Below are positions 26,841-34,666 of a DNA stretch of 39,406 nt, in pieces (the stretch's first letter is position 1; each line of letters opens with the position of its first letter). This stretch comes from Actinomycetota bacterium (GTDB lineage: Bacteria; Actinomycetota; Thermoleophilia; Gaiellales; Gaiellaceae), in assembly GCA_020029625.1 (NCBI GenBank), contig JAIBJP010000013.1:1-39406 (forward strand), read 5' to 3'. The notes beneath the pieces were generated by a model. That model was not told where the DNA came from, searched no databases, and saw only the letters and a program-made list of their open reading frames with translations. The position numbers and the translations under genes are program-made.

Positions 26841-26932
26841 TGACTTCCCGGGAATCCCCCTAGCTTGCGGTCTGCGTCACGAATCACCAGCGGCCGCGCG
26901 AAAGCGCGAGGGAGAGGAAAACGAGAGACCTG

Positions 26933-28783
26933 ATGCGGCGAGATCTGATGCGGCACGATCGCGGTTCGAGCGGAGACCTTCGGTGGAGCGCCCTCTGGGG
27001 CAAGCCCTCGAAGGGCGAGACGCGCTCCAGCGCTCTCTGGGGCAAGGGCGGACGCGGGTTCCTTGCGACGCTCGTCGTCGCTCTCGCGTTGAGCGCGCCC
27101 GCCGCGCTCGCGTCCGGGGGCGGAAGCGAGTACACGGCGTTCACCACCCCGGGCTTGCTCGGCGCCGCCCAGGCGAACCCGAATGCGACCTTCCAGGTCA
27201 TCGTCGAGGGCGACAGGAGCACCGGCTGGGTCGCCAAGCAGATCGCCGACTTCAACAGCTCCAAGGCGAAGGTCAAGCGCCGCTACAGCGTCATCAACGG
27301 AGTCGCCGCCACCCTGACCGGCAAGCAGATTCTCATCCTCGCGCGCAAATCTCGGATTCGCGCGATCACCGAGGACGCTCCGGTGCGGCTCGCCTCTTTC
27401 TCCACCTCCCAGCAGTGGCCTTACGCGTCAGGCGTCGTGAAATCGTGGTGGGACAGTGCGACCAATGTCGTAGCCCAGACGCCGACGATCGCAGTCGTGG
27501 ATTCGGGAATCGAAGCCTCCCGCCCCGATTTCGCGGGCCGTGTGCTGGCCGAGGTCAACCTCACGTCCATCCAGCCGAACTCCCCGGGAGACGGGCGCGG
27601 CCACGGCACCTTCGTCGCAGGCATTGCCGCCGGCGGCGGGGACGGGTACGCCGGCGCCGACCCGCGGGCCAAACTCGTTTCGATCGATGTCATGGACGAC
27701 AGCGGTATGGCGATGACCCGCGACGTCATTGCTGGGGCCGACTGGATCCTCCAGAACAGGGCCGCGTACAACATCCGCGTCGCCAACTTCTCGCTCCACT
27801 CGGCTGTGCCGAACAGCTTCATGTTCGACCCGCTCGACAGGGCGGTCGAGAGGCTCTGGTTCACCGGCGTGACCGTTGTGGTCGCGGCGGGCAACTATGG
27901 GGTCAACGGGCAGCCGAGCGGCGTCCCGTTCGCCCCTGGCAACGATCCGTTCGTCATCACGGTCGGCGCGCTCGACATCGACGGCTCGGTGAAGGCGTGG
28001 GACGACTCGAACGCGCCGTGGTCGGCCTACGGCTACACGCTCGACGGCTTCACGAAGCCCGAGCTCGCGGCCCCAGGGCGCTACATGGTGGGTCCGGTGC
28101 CCGCCGCCTCGACGCTCCCGCAGGAGCGGCCGACGAACGTGGTCGCACCCGGTTACATGCAGCTCTCGGGAACGTCGTTCGCCGCGCCGGTTGTCTCGGG
28201 CGCGGCCGCGTACCTGCTCGCGCTGCACCCCGACTGGACACCGGACCAGGTCAAAGGCGCGCTCATGCTCACCGCGAAGGCGCTTCCGAACGCAGCCCCG
28301 CTCTCGGCAGGCGTCGGTGAAGTGAGCGTGGCGGCGGCAGTCCTCGTCGCGAATCCGCCCAACCCCAACCGGGCTCTCAACAGCTTCCTCGTATCCGATC
28401 CGACGGGCGGATCCGGACGCATCTTCGACGCGGCCAGCTGGGCGAACGCTGCCCAGGCGAGCGCCTCCTGGGCAAACGCCAGTTGGGCGGACGCCTCGTG
28501 GGCCTCGGCTTCCTGGTCGTCCGCTTCGTGGGCATCTGCCTCGTGGGCATCTGCCTCGTGGGCATCTGCCTCGTGGGCGGCCACCGCCAACGCCAGCGCC
28601 TCCTGGGCCGATGCCTCCTGGTCGAACGCGTCCTGGGCGAGCGCCTCCTGGGCGGATAACGCGGAGGGCGATGCGAGCGTCACCGGCGGCTACTGGCTCG
28701 ACCCGGCCGAGCTCGAAGAGGCGGCCGCCGAGCTCGGGCTCGCCGACCCCGCAGCCGCTGCCAGCACGACTGTGCTCCCCTAA
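26933..28783 (+). CDS. Secreted/membrane-anchored S8 subtilisin-like serine peptidase 2 (paralogue of peptidase 1)
   Basis: Same architecture and triad contexts (AVVDSGI, GHGTFVAGIAAG, SGTSFAAPVVSGAAA). Same duplicated SALWGK N-terminal motif and an ASWxx array, plus a ~42-aa acidic tail. ATG 26933 (or 26948) follows GGGAGAGGA. Confidence 0.9.
   Translation: MRRDLMRHDRGSSGDLRWSALWGKPSKGETRSSALWGKGGRGFLATLVVALALSAPAALASGGGSEYTAFTTPGLLGAAQANPNATFQVIVEGDRSTGWVAKQIADFNSSKAKVKRRYSVINGVAATLTGKQILILARKSRIRAITEDAPVRLASFSTSQQWPYASGVVKSWWDSATNVVAQTPTIAVVDSGIEASRPDFAGRVLAEVNLTSIQPNSPGDGRGHGTFVAGIAAGGGDGYAGADPRAKLVSIDVMDDSGMAMTRDVIAGADWILQNRAAYNIRVANFSLHSAVPNSFMFDPLDRAVERLWFTGVTVVVAAGNYGVNGQPSGVPFAPGNDPFVITVGALDIDGSVKAWDDSNAPWSAYGYTLDGFTKPELAAPGRYMVGPVPAASTLPQERPTNVVAPGYMQLSGTSFAAPVVSGAAAYLLALHPDWTPDQVKGALMLTAKALPNAAPLSAGVGEVSVAAAVLVANPPNPNRALNSFLVSDPTGGSGRIFDAASWANAAQASASWANASWADASWASASWSSASWASASWASASWASASWAATANASASWADASWSNASWASASWADNAEGDASVTGGYWLDPAELEEAAAELGLADPAAAASTTVLP
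28433..28657 (+). repeat. 15-nt (pentapeptide ASWxx) tandem array, 15 units, near the C-terminus of peptidase 2
   Basis: ASWAN AAQAS ASWAN ASWAD ASWAS ASWSS ASWAS ASWAS ASWAS ASWAA TANAS ASWAD ASWSN ASWAS ASWAD. It includes three perfect 15-nt units (28526-28570). Confidence 0.9.
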
Positions 28784-28827
28784 CCGGTCGAGCCACCGCG
28801 AGCCCCGGGCCGCCCACCCGGCTCGGG

Positions 28828-28874
28828 GTTCACCCTTTCGGGTGAACTTGGGGTCGTCCCTCGAATGGGGGACG
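28828..28874 (+). terminator. Two-hairpin module after peptidase 2 and before the GGDEF/HD-GYP gene
   Basis: H1 is GTTCACCC-tttc-GGGTGAAC, a perfect 8-bp stem. H2 is CGTCCC-tcgaatgg-GGGACG. It starts 45 nt after the stop. Same module type as 26794-26840. Confidence 0.45.
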
Positions 28875-28989
28875 CCGCCCCGCTAGCCCGGGCGTACGGT
28901 CCCACTATGGCTCTGCGGCCCCCGCGCTTGCGCGTGGAAGCAAACGGAGCTGCGATGACCCATGGCAGCGAGGCTTTGAGCTGGGCGAG

Positions 28990-31737
28990 ATGAGCGCAGT
29001 ACCCAGGGAGTATCGAGGCGCCGAGCCGAGGCCGGCATCGGAGCAGGGCGAGCCCACTCTTTCGAGGGGCGCCAAGGTCTACCTGGCCGCCGTCGGCATT
29101 GCCACCGTCGTAGCGGCGTTCGTGCCGCTCTCGCACCTGTCCCCGCAAACGAGAGGGTGGCCGACCTTTTTCGTGATCGCTTCCTGCGCCGCGATCGCGC
29201 AGCTCTTCGTCGTCCGCACCCCGCGCGACCAGTCCTACCACACCTCGATCGTCTTCCTGATCCCGGCGGCGCTGCTCCTGCCGCCGGAGCTCGTCGCGCT
29301 GGTGGGCATCGTGCAGCACATCCCTGAATGGCTGAAGGTTCGCTACCCCTGGTACATCCAGTGCTTCAACATCTGCAACTACACGCTGAACGGCCTGGCG
29401 GCCTGGGGGGCGGTGTGGCTCGTCCGCGACCTCGGCCTCTCCAGTCAGCCGACGATGGCGCTCGCCGGACTCGCCGCGTGTGTCGTCTTCGTCGCGACGA
29501 ACCATGTGCTTCTCGCCACCATGCTCCATTTCGCACGCGGGCACACGCTGCGGGAAACCGGGCTCTTCTCGGGCGACAGCCTCGCCACCGACCTTGTCCT
29601 CGCCGCCCTCGGCGTCGCCTTCGCCAGCCTGTGGCGGTGGAATCCCTACCTCCTGCCCACCGCTGTCGCGCCACTGCTCCTGATTCATCGGTCCCTCAGC
29701 GTTCCCGCGCTCCAGGAAGAAGCGCGCGTGGATGCGAAGACCGGCCTCTTCAACGCCCGTCATTTCGCCGCGGAGCTGCGCGAGGAGCTGGCGCGCGCCA
29801 ACCGCTTCGATCGGCCGATGTCCGTGATCATGGCCGACCTCGACCTGCTCCGGGACATCAACAACTCGTACGGTCATCTTGCCGGCGACGCGGTTCTCAA
29901 CGGCATCGCTGACGTCTTCCGAAAGCAGCTGAGGCCATACGACGTCCCGGCCCGATTCGGCGGAGAGGAGTTCGCCATCCTCCTGCCGGAGACGGCGCCC
30001 GAGACTGCGCTCGAGATCGCCGAGCGCATCCGGCGCGCCGTCGCCGAGCACCTCTTCGAGGTGGAGACCTCGAGTGAGCCCATCCGCGCCACCATCTCCC
30101 TGGGCGTCGCGGGCTACCCGAAGGACGGCTCCGACCCGAACGAGCTGATCCACCAGGCAGACCTCGCCGTCTACCGAGCGAAGCTCCAGGGCCGCAACCG
30201 CGTCCTCGGCGCGAGCTCCGAGCCGCTGCTCATGCCCGGGGAGAGGAGCCCTCGCCTCGCCGCCGTGCCGGAGGAGGGGGAGTACGTCGCCACCGCCTCG
30301 CGCGTCCTCCCTGAGCAGCGTGCGAGCGAGCTCCGCGAAGCTCAGCAGCAGCGGCCGCACACCCCCGGCAGGCCGCACTTCCTCGCCCTTTCGGCTCCTC
30401 TTGCAGCCCTCGTCGGGCTGGTCGCGATCGCCGGTATCGCTGCGGGCATCGCGGGACTCCTCTTCGGTACGACCAGCGATGTCATCGGGCTGATCGCCAT
30501 CGTCGTCCTCGTGGGCGGCGGCCAGGCGCTCTCCCTCGAGCTCGAAGCGGGCTCGATCTCGGTGAGCGCCGTCGGGGCGCTCGCCGGCGCGGGCCTCTTT
30601 GGACCGCGCGCCGCCCTGCCGCTCGCCGTCGCCATCGTTGCCGTCGAGTGGAGTGCTCGGCGCGACGACTGGTACTACGCCCTCTTCAACATCGGAGCCT
30701 TGAGCCTCGCGTCGCTCGCCGCGGCAGCGGTGTTCAGCGTCGGCTGGGTCGACAGCCGTGCCGGCGAGCTCGTGACCGCCGGAGCCGGCCTCGCGGCCGG
30801 CGCCGCCTACTTCGCCGTCAACACGGCGCTCATCTCGCTTGCCATGGCCCTCGAGGGACACGACCGCTGGCGTTCCGTCTGGAAGGAGCGCTTCTCCTGG
30901 CTCCTCCCGCACTACGTCGCCTTCGGAGCGGTCGGCAGCGCGATCGCTCTCGCCTACGGCGCCATTGGCCTCTACGGGCTCGCCGTCTTCGTCCTGCCGC
31001 TCCTGCTCATGCGCAAGACGATGGCCGCCTACCTCGGGCACACCGAGAAGTCGACGAAGAAGCTGCGCAAGGCGGCCGAGACCATCCGCTCGCAGAACGT
31101 CTCCCTCGAACAGGCGAACCGGCTCCTGAAGGAGCGCTCCACCGCCGCCATGGAGAGCCTCTCGGCCACGGTGGACGCGCGCGACGCGTACACGGCCGGC
31201 CACTCGCGGCGCGTGCAGCAGCTCGCGCTCGCCATCGGCCGCGAGCTCGGCTTGTCCCAGGCCGAGCTGGATCTGCTGGGGCATGCGGCTCTCTTCCACG
31301 ACATCGGCAAGCTCGCCATCCCCGACGCGGTCCTGCTCAAGCCGGCCAGTCTGACAGTCGACGAGTGGGCGCTCATGCAGCGTCACGCGGACGAGGGCGC
31401 CCGCATCATCGACCGCCTGGGCTTCCTGAACGACGCCGTGCCGGCCATCCGCCACCATCACGAGCGGTTCGACGGCACCGGCTACCCGGACGGCCTCTCC
31501 GGCGAGGACATCCCGCTCGGCGCGCGCATCATTCACGTTGCCGACGCCCTCGATTCGATGCTGACGACGCGCATCTACCGCGCTGCTCGTCCCGCGGACG
31601 AGGCTCTCGAGGAGCTCCGGCGAGGGTCGACAACCCAGTTCTGTCCGCGCTGCGTCTCGGCGCTCGAGCGGCTCCTGCAGACCGATGCCCGAGACCCGCA
31701 GCAGCCGGCGGGAGCCCTGCTGGCGACGGCTTCTTAA
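28990..31737 (+). CDS. Polytopic membrane protein fusing a diguanylate cyclase (GGDEF) and an HD-GYP c-di-GMP phosphodiesterase
   Basis: Order is TM module, GGDEF domain, second TM module, HD-GYP domain. The GGDEF domain has RxxD (RPYD) five residues before GGEEF. The HD-GYP domain has HSRRV, FHDIGK and HHERFDGTGYPDG. Confidence 0.9.
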   Translation: MSAVPREYRGAEPRPASEQGEPTLSRGAKVYLAAVGIATVVAAFVPLSHLSPQTRGWPTFFVIASCAAIAQLFVVRTPRDQSYHTSIVFLIPAALLLPPELVALVGIVQHIPEWLKVRYPWYIQCFNICNYTLNGLAAWGAVWLVRDLGLSSQPTMALAGLAACVVFVATNHVLLATMLHFARGHTLRETGLFSGDSLATDLVLAALGVAFASLWRWNPYLLPTAVAPLLLIHRSLSVPALQEEARVDAKTGLFNARHFAAELREELARANRFDRPMSVIMADLDLLRDINNSYGHLAGDAVLNGIADVFRKQLRPYDVPARFGGEEFAILLPETAPETALEIAERIRRAVAEHLFEVETSSEPIRATISLGVAGYPKDGSDPNELIHQADLAVYRAKLQGRNRVLGASSEPLLMPGERSPRLAAVPEEGEYVATASRVLPEQRASELREAQQQRPHTPGRPHFLALSAPLAALVGLVAIAGIAAGIAGLLFGTTSDVIGLIAIVVLVGGGQALSLELEAGSISVSAVGALAGAGLFGPRAALPLAVAIVAVEWSARRDDWYYALFNIGALSLASLAAAAVFSVGWVDSRAGELVTAGAGLAAGAAYFAVNTALISLAMALEGHDRWRSVWKERFSWLLPHYVAFGAVGSAIALAYGAIGLYGLAVFVLPLLLMRKTMAAYLGHTEKSTKKLRKAAETIRSQNVSLEQANRLLKERSTAAMESLSATVDARDAYTAGHSRRVQQLALAIGRELGLSQAELDLLGHAALFHDIGKLAIPDAVLLKPASLTVDEWALMQRHADEGARIIDRLGFLNDAVPAIRHHHERFDGTGYPDGLSGEDIPLGARIIHVADALDSMLTTRIYRAARPADEALEELRRGSTTQFCPRCVSALERLLQTDARDPQQPAGALLATAS

Positions 31738-31764
31738 GGAGGGCTTGACGAAACATCGTCTGTG

Positions 31765-31918
31765 CCGCCGGAGGCGCGCCGCTCGCCCCAACGCATCCGC
31801 GTTCAGAATCACGGGTCGCCCCCGTATCTGAAGTCGATACGAGGGCTCCCTGCGTCCTTGCCTCGGAACGACCAGCGCGTCCCGGCGACGGAGCAACGTT
31901 CCGCCAAACCCTCCTAGC
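31765..31918 (-). repeat. Unclassified non-coding, probably structured repeat element, copy B (inverted relative to copy A)
   Basis: Its reverse complement aligns to 15965..16106. Two conserved blocks are separated by a linker of different length and sequence. The linker still forms a hairpin (AACGC-ggat-GCGTT). Confidence 0.6.
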
Positions 31919-31967
31919 CTCCGCTTGCGCTCGGACTAATCTGCTCTATCCTTGGACTGAGGCCGCC

Positions 31968-32711
31968 GTGCAGATCGATTCCGCCGACCTGGCTGCATTC
32001 CAGGCGGGGATGCGCCGCCGCTATTCGGACGACGAGATCCTCGCCGAGCTGAAAGGCTCTGCGACCCGCCTCGGCCGCTCCCCGACGATGCGTGAGTTCG
32101 AGCGCGATCGGGGCACTCGGATCCACCCCCAGACGGTCATCGACCGGTTCGGAACGTGGAACACCGCCAAGCGTTTGGCCGGACTGCGCCCGCGCCGATT
32201 TGCGACGCGTGAGGAGCTCCTCGCCGAGCTCCGGATGCTGGGCGAGGAGCTCGGCCGCCCACCCACGGGCGGAGACCTCCAGCGCCGGCGCGCGACGATG
32301 CCGTCCAAGTCCCTCTACTGGCACACCTTCGGATCTCTCCGCAACGCCCTCCGGGAAGCCGGTTTCGACGTTCCGCTCGGCGAGGAACGGCTGGAACGGG
32401 CGGTCGAGGACGGCGCGGCCCTCGCACGCCGGCTCAGGCGCCTGCCGCGTTTCACGGACTGGGCGGCCGAGCGCAAGCGCAACCAGGGGCTCCCCAGCGA
32501 GTGGCAGGTCTACCGGCTCGCGGGAGGTCGCCGGGGCGCCTGGACCACGTTCCAGTACCTCGTGCGAAGCCGTCTGGTGGAGGATGGCGCCGAAGTCGGC
32601 GCGGACGGGCGGGTCAGCGTCCCGCGGCGGCCGTCGCGAGCGCGGCCAGCCGGGCGAGACAGAACTGCTGCTCCTCGGGGGCGCGCACGGAGGGGAGCGG
32701 CGCTTCCGTGA
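31968..32711 (+). CDS. Protein composed of three homing-endonuclease-associated (HNH_repeat-like) repeats, with no nuclease domain
   Basis: Three ~55-aa units of the form EE(I/L)LAEL..(L)GR.PT...........FG(T/S)(W/L)..A...AG. Unit 1 ends DRFGTWNTAKRLAGL and unit 2 ends HTFGSLRNALREAGF. Unit 3 is degenerate. GTG at 31968, with ATG 32010 as an alternative. Confidence 0.65.
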   Translation: MQIDSADLAAFQAGMRRRYSDDEILAELKGSATRLGRSPTMREFERDRGTRIHPQTVIDRFGTWNTAKRLAGLRPRRFATREELLAELRMLGEELGRPPTGGDLQRRRATMPSKSLYWHTFGSLRNALREAGFDVPLGEERLERAVEDGAALARRLRRLPRFTDWAAERKRNQGLPSEWQVYRLAGGRRGAWTTFQYLVRSRLVEDGAEVGADGRVSVPRRPSRARPAGRDRTAAPRGRARRGAALP

Positions 32712-33414
32712 AGCTGGTGTCCGGCTGGAAAGCCTCGCTCCGCACCAGACGGCCGTTGACGGCCGCAGCAAGCGTCCCTTCGGGCACGTCGCGCTTACGC
32801 AGACGCACACCCGCGTAGCGCTCCACGAGCTCGAGAGCCTCCTTCGTCGAGGCGAAGAAGAACTCTTGCCCACCTTCGCCGATCCAGAGCGGTCGGCCGA
32901 TCCCGCGCGCGAGGAAGAGGACGTCAGGGTCGCGCTCGTCCATCCACGCGGTTGCCATCGACCCGTACAGCTCCTCCAACGCACCGGCCCTGCTTCGCTC
33001 CAGCTCGGCCAGGGCGAAGATGGCCTCGGAGTCGACGGTCATGTCCTCTTCGGCCCGCTCGAAGCCGTACTGGGCGAAGATCTCCTCGTCGTTCTTGATG
33101 ATCCCGTTGTGGATCCCGACGACGGAGCCGTGACGGACGGGGTGGTTGTTCGCGTTCAGGGACGGATGGCCCTTGGTGTAGTCGCGTACGTGGACGAGCA
33201 CCTGAGTCGCGGTCGCCGGAACGGAGATCTCGTCGAGGAGCTCGCTGGCCCCGGCTTGGCGCTTGTGCACCTCGAGCTCGAGCCCTGGGCCGCGGTAGCA
33301 GTATCCGGCCGCATCCGACCCCCGCTCGGAGATCGCAGCCATCAGCGTTTGTGCAGCGAGGGTCGGGTCAACAGCGCTTTCGCGGTTCAGGCTATATCCG
33401 GCGATCCCACACAA
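32614..33414 (-). CDS. Stand-alone class-II (Ntn) glutamine amidotransferase domain protein
   Basis: A TTG at 33414 is directly followed by Cys (fM-CGIAGY...), as required for an N-terminal nucleophile. HNGIIKND and DSEAIF motifs resemble the GlmS/AsnB glutaminase domain. No synthetase domain follows. Confidence 0.78.
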   Translation of the reverse strand: MCGIAGYSLNRESAVDPTLAAQTLMAAISERGSDAAGYCYRGPGLELEVHKRQAGASELLDEISVPATATQVLVHVRDYTKGHPSLNANNHPVRHGSVVGIHNGIIKNDEEIFAQYGFERAEEDMTVDSEAIFALAELERSRAGALEELYGSMATAWMDERDPDVLFLARGIGRPLWIGEGGQEFFFASTKEALELVERYAGVRLRKRDVPEGTLAAAVNGRLVRSEAFQPDTSFTEAPLPSVRAPEEQQFCLARLAALATAAAGR

Positions 33415-33518
33415 GGCGAAGTTCCACTCTAACAATCGTCTCAGCTGACCCGACTCGCCATCCCTCAACACGGTGGTGGCTCCTCAAGGCCGCTTCGTGA
33501 GAGGCCGATAGGGCATGC

Positions 33519-34508
33519 GTGGGACGGCCTGTCCGCAGACTGCCTTCGCCCGAACCCGATCCGACTCCCGGGGAGGACGGCGAGGAGACAAAGCTCGAGC
33601 TCGTGCCCGAGGCGGCTCTGGACGCCCCGGTTGACGCCGAGGAAGAGGACGAGGAGGACCGCAAAGAGCGTCTGGCGGCCGGCCCGACCCAGGATCCGCT
33701 CAAGCTCTACGTCCGCCAGATCGGTGACGGGCCCCTCCTGACGCCTGCAGAGGAGCGCGAGCTCGCGAGGCTGAAGGACGAGGGCGACGAGGCCGCCAAG
33801 CGCCGCCTGATCGAGTCGAACCTGCGGCTCGTGATGTCGATCACCCGCAACTACGTGAACTCGGGCGTTCCCCTACTCGACCTGATCCAGGAGGGAAACC
33901 TCGGCCTCATCCGGGCCGTGGAGAAGTTCGACTACAAGATGGGCTACAAGCTTTCGACCTACGCCACCTGGTGGATCCGCCAGGCGGTGACACGCGCGAT
34001 CGCCGACCAGGGCCGCACGATCCGCCTTCCCGTCCACGTCGTCGACCAGGTGCGGCGCGTGATGCGCGCGCGCCGGATCCTCACGCAGAAGCTCAACCGC
34101 GATCCGCTCCCGGACGAGATCGCCAAGGAGAGCGGCTTCGACGTCAAGCGCGTCAACGAGCTACTCGATCTCGTGGAGGACCCCGTCAGCCTCGAGACGC
34201 CCGTCGGTGACGGCGACTCCATGTACGCCGACATGATCGAGGACGTCAACTCCGAGCAGCCGGAAGCCACGCTCGCCGTCATGCTTCGCGGCGCGGAGCT
34301 GCAGATCGCGCTGGCCCAGCTCTCCGAGCGCATGCGCCACGTGCTGGAGCTTCGCTTCGGGCTGACCGGGGCCGTTCCGAAGACGCTCGAGGAGGTCGGC
34401 GCCGAGCTCGGCGTGACCCGCGAGCGCGTGCGCCAGCTCGAGTCCCGAGCCCTCCGCGAGCTCCAAGCGGCAGCGCCGGACCTGCGCCTCTATCTCCGCA
34501 CCGAATAG
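33519..34508 (+). CDS. RNA polymerase sigma-70 family factor (group 1/2-like, regions 1.2-4 with a short acidic N-terminus)
   Basis: DPLKLYVRQIG (region 1.2), [48 protein letters not shown] (2.2-2.4), and region 4.2 LEEVGAELGVTRERVRQLESRAL. The GTG 33519 start is uncertain. Confidence 0.88.
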   Translation: MGRPVRRLPSPEPDPTPGEDGEETKLELVPEAALDAPVDAEEEDEEDRKERLAAGPTQDPLKLYVRQIGDGPLLTPAEERELARLKDEGDEAAKRRLIESNLRLVMSITRNYVNSGVPLLDLIQEGNLGLIRAVEKFDYKMGYKLSTYATWWIRQAVTRAIADQGRTIRLPVHVVDQVRRVMRARRILTQKLNRDPLPDEIAKESGFDVKRVNELLDLVEDPVSLETPVGDGDSMYADMIEDVNSEQPEATLAVMLRGAELQIALAQLSERMRHVLELRFGLTGAVPKTLEEVGAELGVTRERVRQLESRALRELQAAAPDLRLYLRTE

Positions 34509-34523
34509 AGGCCGCGACCCCGC

Positions 34524-34629
34524 TTGTGTTTCACGCGCACAGGCGGATTGACTGGCCCAAGGGGACGATTTCGACGGGTGAGCGACGGCCGCAAGCGCGG
34601 AGGGGCGACTTTGTGCGTGTGAAACACAA
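34524..34629 (+). promoter_or_regulatory. Long-range 18-nt inverted repeat enclosing 70 nt (candidate RNA stem, terminator or processing site)
   Basis: TTGTGTTTCACGCGCACA (34524-41) pairs with TGTGCGTGTGAAACACAA (34612-29). That gives 17 Watson-Crick pairs and one G.U if read on the + strand, which would be C.A on the - strand. Confidence 0.4.
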
Positions 34630-34666
34630 ACCCGCTCTCTCGGAGGCGGCTTTGCAGGTGGGTAGG

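Noticed and set aside
26526-28657. Regular short tandem repeats that could be mistaken for a CRISPR array or minisatellite.
   Set aside because: The period is 15 nt with no spacers. The repeats are in frame and encode ASWxx pentapeptides within the two peptidase genes. The QEA-rich ORFs on the opposite strand (26546-26956, 28153-28683) are mirror artefacts.
31529-31756. 75-aa minus-strand ORF starting 8 nt after repeat copy B. It mirrors the spacing between copy A and the miaB start.
   Set aside because: It lies entirely antisense to the well-supported HD-GYP domain, has Arg/Ala/Pro-rich composition and no SD. It is kept only as a remark in the finding on copy B.
28780-31896. Very long minus-strand ORF (1038 aa) opposite the GGDEF/HD-GYP gene. 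Similar long antisense ORFs occur at 12490-14076 (opposite recA), 4428-5825, 2063-3607, 6067-7218 and 16050-17444.
   Set aside because: Their translations are Arg/Ala/Gly/Pro-rich low-complexity sequence with no motifs. The opposite strand encodes unmistakable conserved proteins with high GC3. Stop-free antisense frames are expected at ~70% GC.
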